A stretch of 46,613 nucleotides of DNA, taken from assembly GCA_043750495.1 (NCBI GenBank), contig JAYVBM010000014.1, forward strand, positions 1 through 46,613, given 5' to 3'. The notes beneath the pieces were generated by a model. The model was given only the letters and a program-made list of their open reading frames with translations, had not been told where the DNA came from and did not search any database. Made by a program: the position numbers and the translations under genes. This stretch comes from Minisyncoccota bacterium (GTDB taxonomy: Bacteria; Patescibacteriota; Minisyncoccia; Phycocordibacterales; UBA918). This document shows, in pieces, positions 34,856-44,088 of this stretch (positions are counted from its first letter, which is position 1; each line of letters opens with the position of its first letter).

Positions 34856-36505
34856 ATGAGTGACGAACTCAAAAAAACACTGCCCCGTATTCGAACGTTT
34901 GCGGATGACTTTGAACATGACAGAAAAGAGAGTGGTTTACCTCTACCGCCTGGTGTTTCTGCGCCTCAAGCAGTCGAACCAACACCCATGGCAGCGTCAC
35001 CACAAATTGTGATCCTAACAGACACTGCAAAAAGTGAGGGCGACGCTATGGTTAACACACCGGTCCCCGCATTCCATGAGCTGAAGAAGCGAAGTTCGTC
35101 TGACAACATAGCCGCACCAGAAAAGGCAGCTGCGATCCAAACAAGACCGATACGTCAGGTCGCGCCGATTGAGGAATCAGGAGCAAAAACGGTAGTTGTC
35201 AGACGTACAAAAACAGCTACCTCGCCAAAACCAGTATCGAGCGCCGGTGCCACAATAATTACTGACAACAAACGTAACAAACAAGGTCTCGTACCTGCTC
35301 TAATTGAAGCCGTGCGTGGCTGGTTCAAAAAAATGTCGGCTGACGCGAAGCAAAAGCCTACCCCGAAATACACAGTTGTTGATACCGAAAGAAGAAAGGG
35401 TGTTATTCAAAAAGCCACAACCAAAACTGGCACTATCTTCACGGCAGACAATGAAACTCTGAAAGAAGAAATACGTCGACGCAACTGGAAAAAACAAGCG
35501 ACAGACAGCGACGAGCCAGATATAACGTGGTCTCCAAACATAGAGGTTGGCTATCCGCTCCTTGATTCAGGCCTACCTAAGCCTAACAATGTAAATGTAG
35601 AATTTAAACGACGAGTTGAGCCAACCCCAGTTGTGCCGCCGGCACCCACAGTTATTGTACCGCCACATGTATTTGTTGAACCAACAATACCAGAGCCAGT
35701 AGTAGTCCCCGAACCAGCTATAGTGACACCTCCACCAGAAGCTCCGACTGAGCCTATAGTCTCTTATGTAGAGGAACCTGAGCCAGAGCCTGAACCCGAA
35801 TACGCACTCACTACACCTGAAGCGCACTATCGTATCAGAAGTATTGGAGATGTCACAAAACTAAATACTAACCTACTTTCAATTGGAGTGGTCGGTATTG
35901 TTGCCGGGATTATTATTGTGATACTAGTTGGGAGATTACTTGTGGGATTTATACTTGCAGACGATCCTTTGGGGGACGTTCTCCCGGCCACACCAATAGC
36001 CCTTGGCACCTCGGTTACTGACCTGGCACTTGACGCCCCTACTCAAGAAGCTTTACTCATTGCGCTACAACAAATACCAGACGATGTGCGTGCCCAGCAT
36101 GAATTTAGAATCGTAGATAGAAAAGGCCTTCCGTTGCAAAAGTCTGTCCTGCTGCCACTACTTGGATTTACTAACTCTGGTAGCCTAAGTCAAACAATCG
36201 TTGACCTACACATTCTTTACACACAAGACACCCGAGGCATTGTCTTTACAGTTACCGATGCCACTACTGCGTTTGGTTCGCTGCTGGCTTGGGAAGTGTA
36301 CATGGTAGACAGTTTGGGACCAATACTAAATATAATACCGCCAACTGAAACTATCGTTGTGTCTGATCGTACTATCGCAAATACTGACGTCCGTATCTTT
36401 ACCGCTGGCGATCAAGAGATACTGGTATATGGATTTGTCGGGGCTAACAAAGTCCTGATTACCAAAGACTTCCCGTCATTTACGGCGACTCTAGGCAGTC
36501 AGTAG
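34856..36505 (+). CDS. hypothetical single-pass membrane protein with a Pro/Glu-rich linker
   Basis: 549-aa ORF with a low-complexity PEP-rich stretch, then a TM helix (LLSIGVVGIVAGIIIVILVG) and a C-terminal domain. Confidence 0.5.
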   Translation: MSDELKKTLPRIRTFADDFEHDRKESGLPLPPGVSAPQAVEPTPMAASPQIVILTDTAKSEGDAMVNTPVPAFHELKKRSSSDNIAAPEKAAAIQTRPIRQVAPIEESGAKTVVVRRTKTATSPKPVSSAGATIITDNKRNKQGLVPALIEAVRGWFKKMSADAKQKPTPKYTVVDTERRKGVIQKATTKTGTIFTADNETLKEEIRRRNWKKQATDSDEPDITWSPNIEVGYPLLDSGLPKPNNVNVEFKRRVEPTPVVPPAPTVIVPPHVFVEPTIPEPVVVPEPAIVTPPPEAPTEPIVSYVEEPEPEPEPEYALTTPEAHYRIRSIGDVTKLNTNLLSIGVVGIVAGIIIVILVGRLLVGFILADDPLGDVLPATPIALGTSVTDLALDAPTQEALLIALQQIPDDVRAQHEFRIVDRKGLPLQKSVLLPLLGFTNSGSLSQTIVDLHILYTQDTRGIVFTVTDATTAFGSLLAWEVYMVDSLGPILNIIPPTETIVVSDRTIANTDVRIFTAGDQEILVYGFVGANKVLITKDFPSFTATLGSQ

Positions 36506-36514
36506 CCGGATGCG

Positions 36515-36651
36515 GTATATCCCGACACTAACTTTAGTGTAGTTTTTGCTAGCGCCCATCATTCTTGTTCCAAACAACTCAGACGAAAAGCGGACTAGGT
36601 AGTGAAAAGAGTGAAAAACACTAGCGACACGAAAGTTAGTGTGGGGTATAC
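36515..36651 (+). repeat. hairpin element copy 3 (~137 bp)
   Basis: gtatatcccgacactaactttagtgtagtttttgctagc ... gaaaaacactagcgacacgaaagttagtgtggggtatac. Confidence 0.85.
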
Positions 36652-36652
36652 T
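36624..36652 (+). promoter_or_regulatory. promoter-like GCGACA-N17-TATACT in the 3' arm of copy 3, 8 nt before ATG 36661
   Basis: GCGACAcgaaagttagtgtggggTATACTcaccctatATG. Confidence 0.4.
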
Positions 36653-36660
36653 CACCCTAT

Positions 36661-37035
36661 ATGATTGATACCAATACCCTAAAAGCTAAACTGGACACTG
36701 AGCTAGCGCAGGTAATAAATGACCTCAGCGCTATTGCCAACTTCAACGAACTGACCGGGGACTGGGTAGCGGTACCTGATGCGCAAGAACTGCAAGAAGC
36801 TGACATGAACTCAGAAGCTGATGCAGTGGAAGAATGGAACGAAAGACGGGCAACTCTATCGCAGCTTGAAACAACCTATCAAAATACGAAACGAGCCTTA
36901 GAAAAAATCGAATCTACTACCTTTGGTACATGTGAGATATGCCAAGCGTTGATTGAAGAAGATAGGATTTCTTTCCTCCCTACCGCGCGCACCTGCAAGG
37001 AACATCGGGACGACGAACGTACCCTTCCTCTGTAA
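36661..37035 (+). CDS. DksA/TraR-family C4 zinc-finger protein
   Basis: Coiled-coil N-terminus, then CEICQALIEEDRISFLPTARTCKEH (CxxC..C..H/C finger). Confidence 0.7.
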   Translation: MIDTNTLKAKLDTELAQVINDLSAIANFNELTGDWVAVPDAQELQEADMNSEADAVEEWNERRATLSQLETTYQNTKRALEKIESTTFGTCEICQALIEEDRISFLPTARTCKEHRDDERTLPL

Positions 37036-37045
37036 TAACCACATT

Positions 37046-38556
37046 ATGCCCATTGCCAGTGTCACCACGGTTCAGCCTCAAGTCCTTACCGGAACAATCG
37101 TGACTATTGAAGCAGATATTTCGCGTGGTCTCCACGCTTTTTCTATTGTTGGTTTGGCAGGTAAGGCCATCGACGAATCGAAGGACCGTGTTTCAAGTGC
37201 CATCAAACACTCTGGTTTTGACTCTCCTAAAACAAAAAATCACAAAATTGTTATCTCTCTATCGCCCGCTGATCTAAAAAAAGAAGGTCCTCTTTTTGAT
37301 CTACCAATTGCTATTGCCTACCTCATTGCTGCAGAAGAAATAGTGACTGATAGTAAAGAGCGTATTCTCATCGGCGAACTTGGCCTTGACGGTACACTAC
37401 GAAAAGTGCGTGGTGTCCTCAACTGTATTATGGCAGCGAAAAATGCGGGGTTTTCTGAAGTAGTGGTTCCAATTGAAAATGCTGAGGAAGCGGCGCTCGT
37501 GGAAGACATCACTATTTTTCCGGCCGGTACGTTACGTGAGGTGATTGACCATATTAGTAGTAGCCAAGAAAACACTAAACTAATGCCACAACCTCCGACA
37601 CATATATCCGAAGAATGGTATGAGAGTACGGTTACTTTGGAAGATATTAAAGGGCAGGAAAGTGCCAAGCGTGGACTAATAATTGCGGCCGCTGGACGGC
37701 ACAACGTAATGTTTGTGGGGCCGCCTGGAACCGGCAAGACTATGCTCGCTCGCGCGCTGCGCGGATTATTGCCACCACTATCGCGCAAGGAAGCGCTGGC
37801 TGTTACGGCTATTCATTCACTAACGTCTGGCGAAACTTTAATTAGCACCAGACCGCCATTTCGAGCACCTCACCACACCGCCTCACACACTGCCTTAGTC
37901 GGTGGTGGAACCAACCCCAAACCTGGCGAGGTTACTCTCGCCCACCACGGCGTGCTTTTTATGGACGAGTTTCCTGAGTTTGATCGGCGTTCAATTGATG
38001 CGTTGCGACAACCGCTTGAAGACCGGGTAGTGAGTATTTCACGCGTACAAGGCACGGCAGAGTTTCCCGCCGACTTTGTGCTCGTCGCCGCCCTCAATCC
38101 CTATCGTGGAAGCTTTGATGAACCACCGATCTCGCTCGAGCCATGCAGGAGACCTATAAGAATAAAGTATCTGGACCAATCCTTGATCGTATTGATCTTT
38201 GGCTTGAAGTACCACACGTTGACTACGATACTCTGACGGGTCTCAAGGTGGAAACAGATGAGACTGAAAAAGCCCGGGGGCAGGTGCTAAAGGCACGCGA
38301 GCAGATGCTAGCGCGCCACGCCGGACGGGCCGCTGCCACCAACTCCAGTCTCTCAGCCCGTGATATCGAAGAGATTATCCATATTACTGATGAAGTAAAG
38401 GATCTGCTAAAAGTTTCTAGCCTCAAACTAAGCCTTTCTCCCCGAGGCTACCATCGACTAATAAAAGTAGCGCGGACAATTGCCGACCTAGATCAGAGCG
38501 AACATATCGGTATCCCACACGTCCTTGAAGCACTTCAGTACCGTGTACCATTATAA
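37046..38556 (+). pseudogene. comM: Mg-chelatase-like ATPase ComM/YifB, interrupted by a frameshift near 38120-38142
   Basis: N-terminal Lon-protease-like domain (SLSPADLKKEGPLFDLPIAIAYL), Walker A GPPGTGKTM, Walker B LFMDEF. The C-terminal part (KVSGPILDRIDLWLEVP...) continues in the -1 frame, in the ORF starting at 38143. Confidence 0.75.
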
Positions 38557-38591
38557 AAGAAACCCCTCCAAAAAGTTTGAAGGGGTTTTGT

Positions 38592-39629
38592 TTAAGTTGA
38601 GCTAAAACATTCGTGCGGTACCTTGTCGCTCCGACGACGCAGTATTCGGGCTGATAGCAGTCGCTTATTTGGGGTTCTTGATTCGAACTTAATCTCAAAC
38701 ACCATGGGGTAGAGAGAGTCGTCAGCATAGAGCGCTCGCTCCTTGGCGGAAAGCCCAGTTCCAACCTTGCCCCAGTGCACCAGCTCACCAGTGAGTGGAT
38801 CACGCTGGGCGATCAACAGGTCTCGCACCAGTCCCTTGAACTTCTTGGATGAAGAAGGTTTCCAACCGGTGGCGATAAAGTCGCCCTCCAGATAGTCCTT
38901 CCACTTCCAGCAGCCATACGGCCGCGGCGGCTGATCACTCTTGCCGTTTAGATTAAATTCGGTCGACGCATCTGAGTCGTAGAAGACCAAGCCTTCCCAT
39001 TTTTCTCTGAGGCTTTGTTCTTTCGCTTCCGACGAGGTACAGTCGAGTACTTCAACCAAATCGACAAATGGTTGCGGTCGTCTGGCACACAATTCACGAA
39101 CGATATCCAGTCGATCGCGATACGGGAGGTGAACGACAGATCTGCCCTTGTGCACCAAAACGTTGAACAAGGAAAATGTAGGAACACCTAACTCGTCTTG
39201 CAACGCGATAGCTCGCGCACTACCCGAACCGGCAAAGCGCGTGATAGCTCCCGGTCGCTCGATCCCGCTCTCACTAAACGTACATTCGCCTTGCAATAGG
39301 GTATCGCTTGGAATGTCCATGGCCCGCAAGGATTCCACATGATGAGGAAGGTTTTCGGTAAGAGATCTAATGCCACGAGAATACATCCCGACGGGTTGCT
39401 CGCTGCACCGTGTGATGGCCGCCAGGGTAGCGTGGCCATTTCGCTTGCGCTCAATGATCAAGGCACCGTTAGCCTCCAACTCATCGATAGTGGTAGTGGG
39501 GGCTTCTTCAATCGGCTTGGCTATCACCAAGTTAGGGTCCAGAGGGTTTAATTGAAGCAGTGTCACGCTTCTTCCTTTCACTTTAAAAGAACAGTCCCGA
39601 ACCATACTACAAAATAAAGTGACAGTCAA
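38592..39629 (-). CDS. ATP-dependent DNA ligase-family nucleotidyltransferase
   Basis: Motif I-like ERKRNGH, III QGECTF, IIIa FSLFNVL, IV WEGLVFYD, V CWKWKDY, then an OB-fold region (GKVGTGLS). The exact start is uncertain. Confidence 0.65.
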   Translation of the reverse strand: MTVTLFCSMVRDCSFKVKGRSVTLLQLNPLDPNLVIAKPIEEAPTTTIDELEANGALIIERKRNGHATLAAITRCSEQPVGMYSRGIRSLTENLPHHVESLRAMDIPSDTLLQGECTFSESGIERPGAITRFAGSGSARAIALQDELGVPTFSLFNVLVHKGRSVVHLPYRDRLDIVRELCARRPQPFVDLVEVLDCTSSEAKEQSLREKWEGLVFYDSDASTEFNLNGKSDQPPRPYGCWKWKDYLEGDFIATGWKPSSSKKFKGLVRDLLIAQRDPLTGELVHWGKVGTGLSAKERALYADDSLYPMVFEIKFESRTPNKRLLSARILRRRSDKVPHECFSST

Positions 39630-39662
39630 AAAACACCTACCGAGTGCGGTAGGTGTTTGGAT

Positions 39663-40031
39663 TTAGCTAAAAATAAGCGGGCGGGTAGTTGGATACTTTT
39701 CAAGCAGCTCCAACGCCGGAAGATAGAGCGCACTTAGCTCTTCCGTGGAATACGCGTGTTGTGCGCTTGCCAAGTCAAACTCCCATGCCCGTTTCAGCAG
39801 CATGGATACGGCTGTTTCCTGGTCTTCGCCCCGCAAGTGTTTAGCCCCCACAAGGATGAACCCTTTGACTGTTTCACCGTCAACCATGTGTTGAATACAG
39901 ACGAGCCCGTGCCATTTGGTTACCAAAGACACGTCCTCGGTCATAACGACAATTTGGTCCATTTCTGTGAACTCAGCGGCGTGGGGCTTAAACGTCCCAA
40001 GCACCACTCCTTCTGGAAGCAATCCACTCAT
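39663..40031 (-). CDS. hypothetical protein
   Basis: 122-aa ORF with GAGGAG 7 nt upstream and TATAAT further upstream. Followed by the hairpin aaacacctacc...ggtaggtgttt. Confidence 0.45.
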   Translation of the reverse strand: MSGLLPEGVVLGTFKPHAAEFTEMDQIVVMTEDVSLVTKWHGLVCIQHMVDGETVKGFILVGAKHLRGEDQETAVSMLLKRAWEFDLASAQHAYSTEELSALYLPALELLEKYPTTRPLIFS

Positions 40032-40371
40032 ATCACGTCTCCTCTTTCTACTCTAGGAACTCTTCTAAAAATCCATTATACACGAAAAACCGCAGGGTGT
40101 AACTCTACGGTTTTTTGTATGAATAGACTCCTACCATTAAATAATATTGTAGCAATATAAGATTCTTAAACGAAATACACCACTAGAGCACTTCCGTTTT
40201 TCTAACTCACTCCGTTCGTAAGTAAAACTGGTCGAGGTCGAGGCGGGCAAGCACCACGGGAGTATTTCCATTTTTATACTCCTTACAGTCGTTAAAAATT
40301 AGGTCAAAAAAATCCAAGTGGGACAAGAGTCCAGCGAGGATCTTTTTTCACAGTCCAACAAAGCAGATCGC

Positions 40372-41352
40372 CTAGAATGGGTTTCTTGCGCCGCGCACCT
40401 CAAAGTGTAGGTGATTGCCTGTCGACTTCCCAGTATTGCCCATACCACCAATAGTCTGACCTTGATCGACAAACTCACCGACTCCGACAGACAGACTAGA
40501 GAGGTGGGCGTAAAGTGTCTGGGTACCATTACTGTGTCGTACCACTATATAGTTGCCATAACCTCCGTTCCAACCAGAACCCTTAGCAATAATGATTTCA
40601 CCGTCAGCGGCCGCGCGCACGGTCGATCCAGAACTACCAGCTAGGTCAACGGCGTTATAGCCGTGAATACCTTGGGTTTTGACTGAACCGGGAGCTGGGT
40701 TAATAAATCCTGCTCCAGCAGAGCCGCCACCAGTCACCCGAGTTGGGGTTGCGCCTTTAGTATTTTTTGTTGAAGCATTTGAATGCATGGCGCCACCCGG
40801 AATAATAATTGTGTCGCCAGCGGCAATGTCACTGTCCGAGTCAAGCTGGTTGTATGACAGAATTTCGTCGACATTGCCCTCATACTTTTTGGCAATAGTA
40901 CTAATAGTGTCGCCTTTTTTGACCACGTGACTGACGCCAGCAATCGGAAGGATGACGAGAGTGTCACCAGGTTGGATTTCGGTACCTTTGGCTAGATCAT
41001 TAGCCCATTTAATAGTATTGCCGGTGACGCCAAACATCTCTGCAATTTGTGAAAGTGAGTCTCCCTGCCGCACGGTGTAGACGGTAATCTCTCCATCGTC
41101 ACTACCAAGAGCCGCCATTTCGTCTTCGCCAACCGGGCCGGTAGAGACCAGGGCGTTTTCATCAACAATCAGTTCCGCTCCACCGCGTCCTAGTGCACTA
41201 GGGTTTTGGGTAGAAGATAGTAGTTCCACGTCAGCGGGGCCGTCCATGATGGTTGCTTCAACCGGAAGCTGCTGCGCGCCTTCCTCGGTAAGCCACTCAG
41301 AAAAAATTCCCGCCTGTACAGAAAACGGGAGTGTCACAATAATAAGTGCCAA
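40372..41352 (-). CDS. LysM-repeat M23-family peptidoglycan endopeptidase
   Basis: Two LysM repeats (YTVRQGDSLSQIAEMFGV, HVVKKGDTISTIAKKY) and the M23 motif GNTGKSTGNHLHFEVR. The start codon is uncertain (see findings). Confidence 0.85.
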   Translation of the reverse strand: MALIIVTLPFSVQAGIFSEWLTEEGAQQLPVEATIMDGPADVELLSSTQNPSALGRGGAELIVDENALVSTGPVGEDEMAALGSDDGEITVYTVRQGDSLSQIAEMFGVTGNTIKWANDLAKGTEIQPGDTLVILPIAGVSHVVKKGDTISTIAKKYEGNVDEILSYNQLDSDSDIAAGDTIIIPGGAMHSNASTKNTKGATPTRVTGGGSAGAGFINPAPGSVKTQGIHGYNAVDLAGSSGSTVRAAADGEIIIAKGSGWNGGYGNYIVVRHSNGTQTLYAHLSSLSVGVGEFVDQGQTIGGMGNTGKSTGNHLHFEVRGARNPF

Positions 41353-41927
41353 GACTGACTCGAGTACAATTTGTACACGAGTCTTTATGGTTGGGATATG
41401 AAATTGACTGCGCTTACTTGGTTCGCCGTCTTTGCTTTGGGTTGAAGATTGAATGGTTGTGTTGTTAGGACTCGCCGCCGTGCACTCGTTACGCCTGTGC
41501 CAGAAATGAAAAAGAGCATCACTGCTCCGGTACCCCTTTTTGGATACTGGAGTATTTTACTAGACCTAAGGGCAATAGCAATTGACGTAGTACACTTTTT
41601 ACTGAAAGCTCCTTATCTCCCAAAGATGCCATTAAAGCAGGCCCTTAAAAAGGGCATTGACATTACATTTAAATAATGTTATATTTAAACCAATGCGACC
41701 AAACACCCACATTCTTATGATTGCGAAAACCGCTCCCAAGCGTACTTTTTCTGCAATCTTCTACGCTGGTGCACAACCAGTAGTACTCCAAGAAATGTGG
41801 CCTGTTGGTTTGATGACGTAAACTCCTTTTATTTCATCTAAGCAGCGGGTCTATACCCGTTGTCATTATATTGTGTATCAATAATCCCGTTGATCACTTT
41901 GTCTGTTCTTTAAAAACGGAGGTCTTT

Positions 41928-42983
41928 ATGAAGACACTACTACAGATCTGGCGCGCCGCGTCGGATAGTGCCGTGGAAACATTTAAGGGTTGTGCGTGGG
42001 TATTTACTGAGCTCGTCTCACCCTACGCTAAGCGCCAAGTGGCCTTTGCACTAACGTTTTTGTTTCTGTCGACGGTCGGACTGATGGCGGTACCCTACCT
42101 CATGAAGTTCGTCATTGACGCATACACAGAGGGGGACACGTCCTTTGCGCTCGTGATACTTGGTGTGGCAGTACTGGTCGGGTTGTTTCAAACTACCTCT
42201 AACAGTCTGCATGACCACTTTCGTGAGCGTGCCTGGAACCGCAACTTTTACACTATTCACACCACCTTGGTGCGAAAGATGTACAGTCGCACCCTCGACG
42301 AGATTGTCGCTGAAGACAGCGAGGTCGGTGCCGAACAAATCGAATCACTCAAAGATAAGGTGCAAAATATTCTCTACCTGTTTCTCTTTGAGTCCTCGAT
42401 TGTGATGACGACCGTTATCACCGCCACCGGCTTCCTCTACCTTGTAGATGTCAAAGCGGGTGTGTTTGCCACACTACTTACGGTGTTCAACTTGTTGTGG
42501 TTTTTCATCCTCAACACTTCACTCGACGAAAAGATGGATCCAGTTGATCACGCCTTCAGGCGAGCGACGCGGCGGATTGTTGAAAAACTCAATCTCGTCG
42601 CATCGGTCAAGGCAGCGGGAGTGGAGGAAAAGATGGTTGCCGAAATCGGTGACGAACTTCTGCCTCCGCTTCAAGCTGACTTTAAGGTGTGGGGGATTTG
42701 GTTTATCAGGGTTGATAGTGGGCGGCGAGTAGTAAATATGCTCGCGCCGATTCTGCTCTTGATGTACGGTGTTGTGTCTCACACCTGGACTCCAGGTACC
42801 CTCGCCGCTGTATCGAGTTGGGCGTTTTTGATCTCGCGTGAGTATGGCTTTATTGGTCATCTCATGCGTCACTTGGCCAGCCAAGTGGCCCGCATCAAAG
42901 CCACGCGCGAAGCGCTAAGCAAACCGCCAGGATTTGAGTACCACACGGGCATCACTTATGAAAGGAATCGAACATGCGTGTAG
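41928..42983 (+). CDS. ABC exporter transmembrane (permease) subunit
   Basis: Six-helix ABC_membrane-like domain. GGAGG lies 6 nt before ATG 41928. Overlaps the ATPase gene by 10 nt. Confidence 0.7.
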   Translation: MKTLLQIWRAASDSAVETFKGCAWVFTELVSPYAKRQVAFALTFLFLSTVGLMAVPYLMKFVIDAYTEGDTSFALVILGVAVLVGLFQTTSNSLHDHFRERAWNRNFYTIHTTLVRKMYSRTLDEIVAEDSEVGAEQIESLKDKVQNILYLFLFESSIVMTTVITATGFLYLVDVKAGVFATLLTVFNLLWFFILNTSLDEKMDPVDHAFRRATRRIVEKLNLVASVKAAGVEEKMVAEIGDELLPPLQADFKVWGIWFIRVDSGRRVVNMLAPILLLMYGVVSHTWTPGTLAAVSSWAFLISREYGFIGHLMRHLASQVARIKATREALSKPPGFEYHTGITYERNRTCV

Positions 42984-43744
42984 CATTTGATCGAGTCTCG
43001 CTGCAGTATGGCAACACGCCAATCCTGCGCGACATTTCATTTACACTTGAACCCGGTACGAGGCTTGCTGTAGTAGGCAGTAGCGGTGCCGGAAAGAGTT
43101 CGCTATCGCGACTACTCATGCGAGCAACGGACCCTACAAGCGGCACGATATGCATCAACGAAGTAGCGTACCCGAAATATCAACTCCAGTCGGTACTGCG
43201 ACACATCGGTGTCGTACTACAAAAGACCGAGATGATTAGTGGAACCGTGCGTGAGAACATCACGTTCGGCATTCACCTTACAGATATCCTTGGTGTAACC
43301 GACGCAGACATATGGGACGTACTTGATGCGATCTCACCGTCGTTTCGGCGTCGTTTCGGCGAACGCGGTCTTGATACCCTAGTGGGAAAACAAGGCATGC
43401 AACTCTCTGGCGGCGAACAGCAACGATTGTGTGTGGCTAGGGCGCTCCTCAAAAAACCCGAGATGTTGATTATTGACGAAGCGACGGCATCGCTCGATTC
43501 GCAGACCGAACAAATTGTTCAACGTGGTATCGATATGGCGCTGGCGCAAGATATTTCAGCACTCGTGGTAGCCCACCGTTTTTCAACACTGCGCAACTGT
43601 AATAAGTTTGTGGTGCTGAAGCGGCTAGTTGATTGTCGCCAAGACGAGTCTCAGATAGAACTTATTTGTGACTCGGCGACTGAAGCTTATGATCGTTCTT
43701 TGATCTTTCGGACTCTCTCAGACTTGCAAGGGTTTCGACCTTAG
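42974..43744 (+). CDS. ABC transporter ATP-binding subunit
   Basis: Walker A GSSGAGKSS, signature LSGGEQQR, Walker B LIIDEATASLD. Confidence 0.9.
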   Translation: MRVAFDRVSLQYGNTPILRDISFTLEPGTRLAVVGSSGAGKSSLSRLLMRATDPTSGTICINEVAYPKYQLQSVLRHIGVVLQKTEMISGTVRENITFGIHLTDILGVTDADIWDVLDAISPSFRRRFGERGLDTLVGKQGMQLSGGEQQRLCVARALLKKPEMLIIDEATASLDSQTEQIVQRGIDMALAQDISALVVAHRFSTLRNCNKFVVLKRLVDCRQDESQIELICDSATEAYDRSLIFRTLSDLQGFRP

Positions 43745-43753
43745 TTCTTTTTA

Positions 43754-43787
43754 AAAAGGGCCGGCACATACGTGTGTCGGCCCTTTT
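43754..43787 (+). terminator. rho-independent terminator
   Basis: aaaagggccggcaca-tacg-tgtgtcggcccttttc. Confidence 0.75.
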
Positions 43788-43808
43788 CTCGTGCCAAAAT
43801 TCTCTATG

Positions 43809-43947
43809 GTATACCCCGACACTAACTTTCATGTAGTTTTTGCGAGCATTCATCATTGTGACCGATAGGTGGAACTATAAGTAGCATGTTGAACTGTTTT
43901 AATGTGGAGAAAAACTTGAGCGACAAGAAAGTTAGTGCGGGGTATAC
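43809..43947 (+). repeat. hairpin element copy 4 (~139 bp)
   Basis: gtataccccgacactaactttcatgtagtttttgcgagc ... gaaaaacttgagcgacaagaaagttagtgcggggtatac. Confidence 0.85.
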
Positions 43948-44079
43948 CCCGACACTAACTTTCTTGTAGTTTTTGCTAGCCTCTAGTGTTAATCCTACAA
44001 ACAGACTTTCGCAACATGCTGACTAGGCAATGAATAGCGTGTAAAACACTAGCGACAAGAAAGTTAGTGCGGGGTATAG
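43942..44079 (+). repeat. hairpin element copy 5 (~138 bp), sharing GTATAC with copy 4
   Basis: gtataccccgacactaactttcttgtagtttttgctagc ... taaaacactagcgacaagaaagttagtgcggggtatag. Confidence 0.85.
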
Positions 44080-44080
44080 T
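44052..44080 (+). promoter_or_regulatory. promoter-like GCGACA-N17-TATAGT in the 3' arm of copy 5, 8 nt before ATG 44089
   Basis: GCGACAagaaagttagtgcggggTATAGTgtccgcacATG. Confidence 0.4.
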
Positions 44081-44088
44081 GTCCGCAC

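Noticed and set aside
36953-37045. The N-terminal extension of comM from 36953
   Set aside because: It overlaps the 3' end of the DksA/TraR-like gene in another frame. Homology-like sequence (MPIASVTTVQP...) starts at ATG 37046.
41449-41676. The 75-aa ORF in the spacer between the M23 peptidase and the ABC genes
   Set aside because: It has a TTG start, no RBS, a basic low-complexity N-terminus and no recognisable motif, and it overlaps the open upstream extension of the peptidase frame. There is not enough support to call it.
42960-42975. GGAATCGAAC, which resembles the complement of a tRNA T-arm
   Set aside because: It lies inside the overlapping ABC permease/ATPase coding sequences, and no cloverleaf can be drawn around it.
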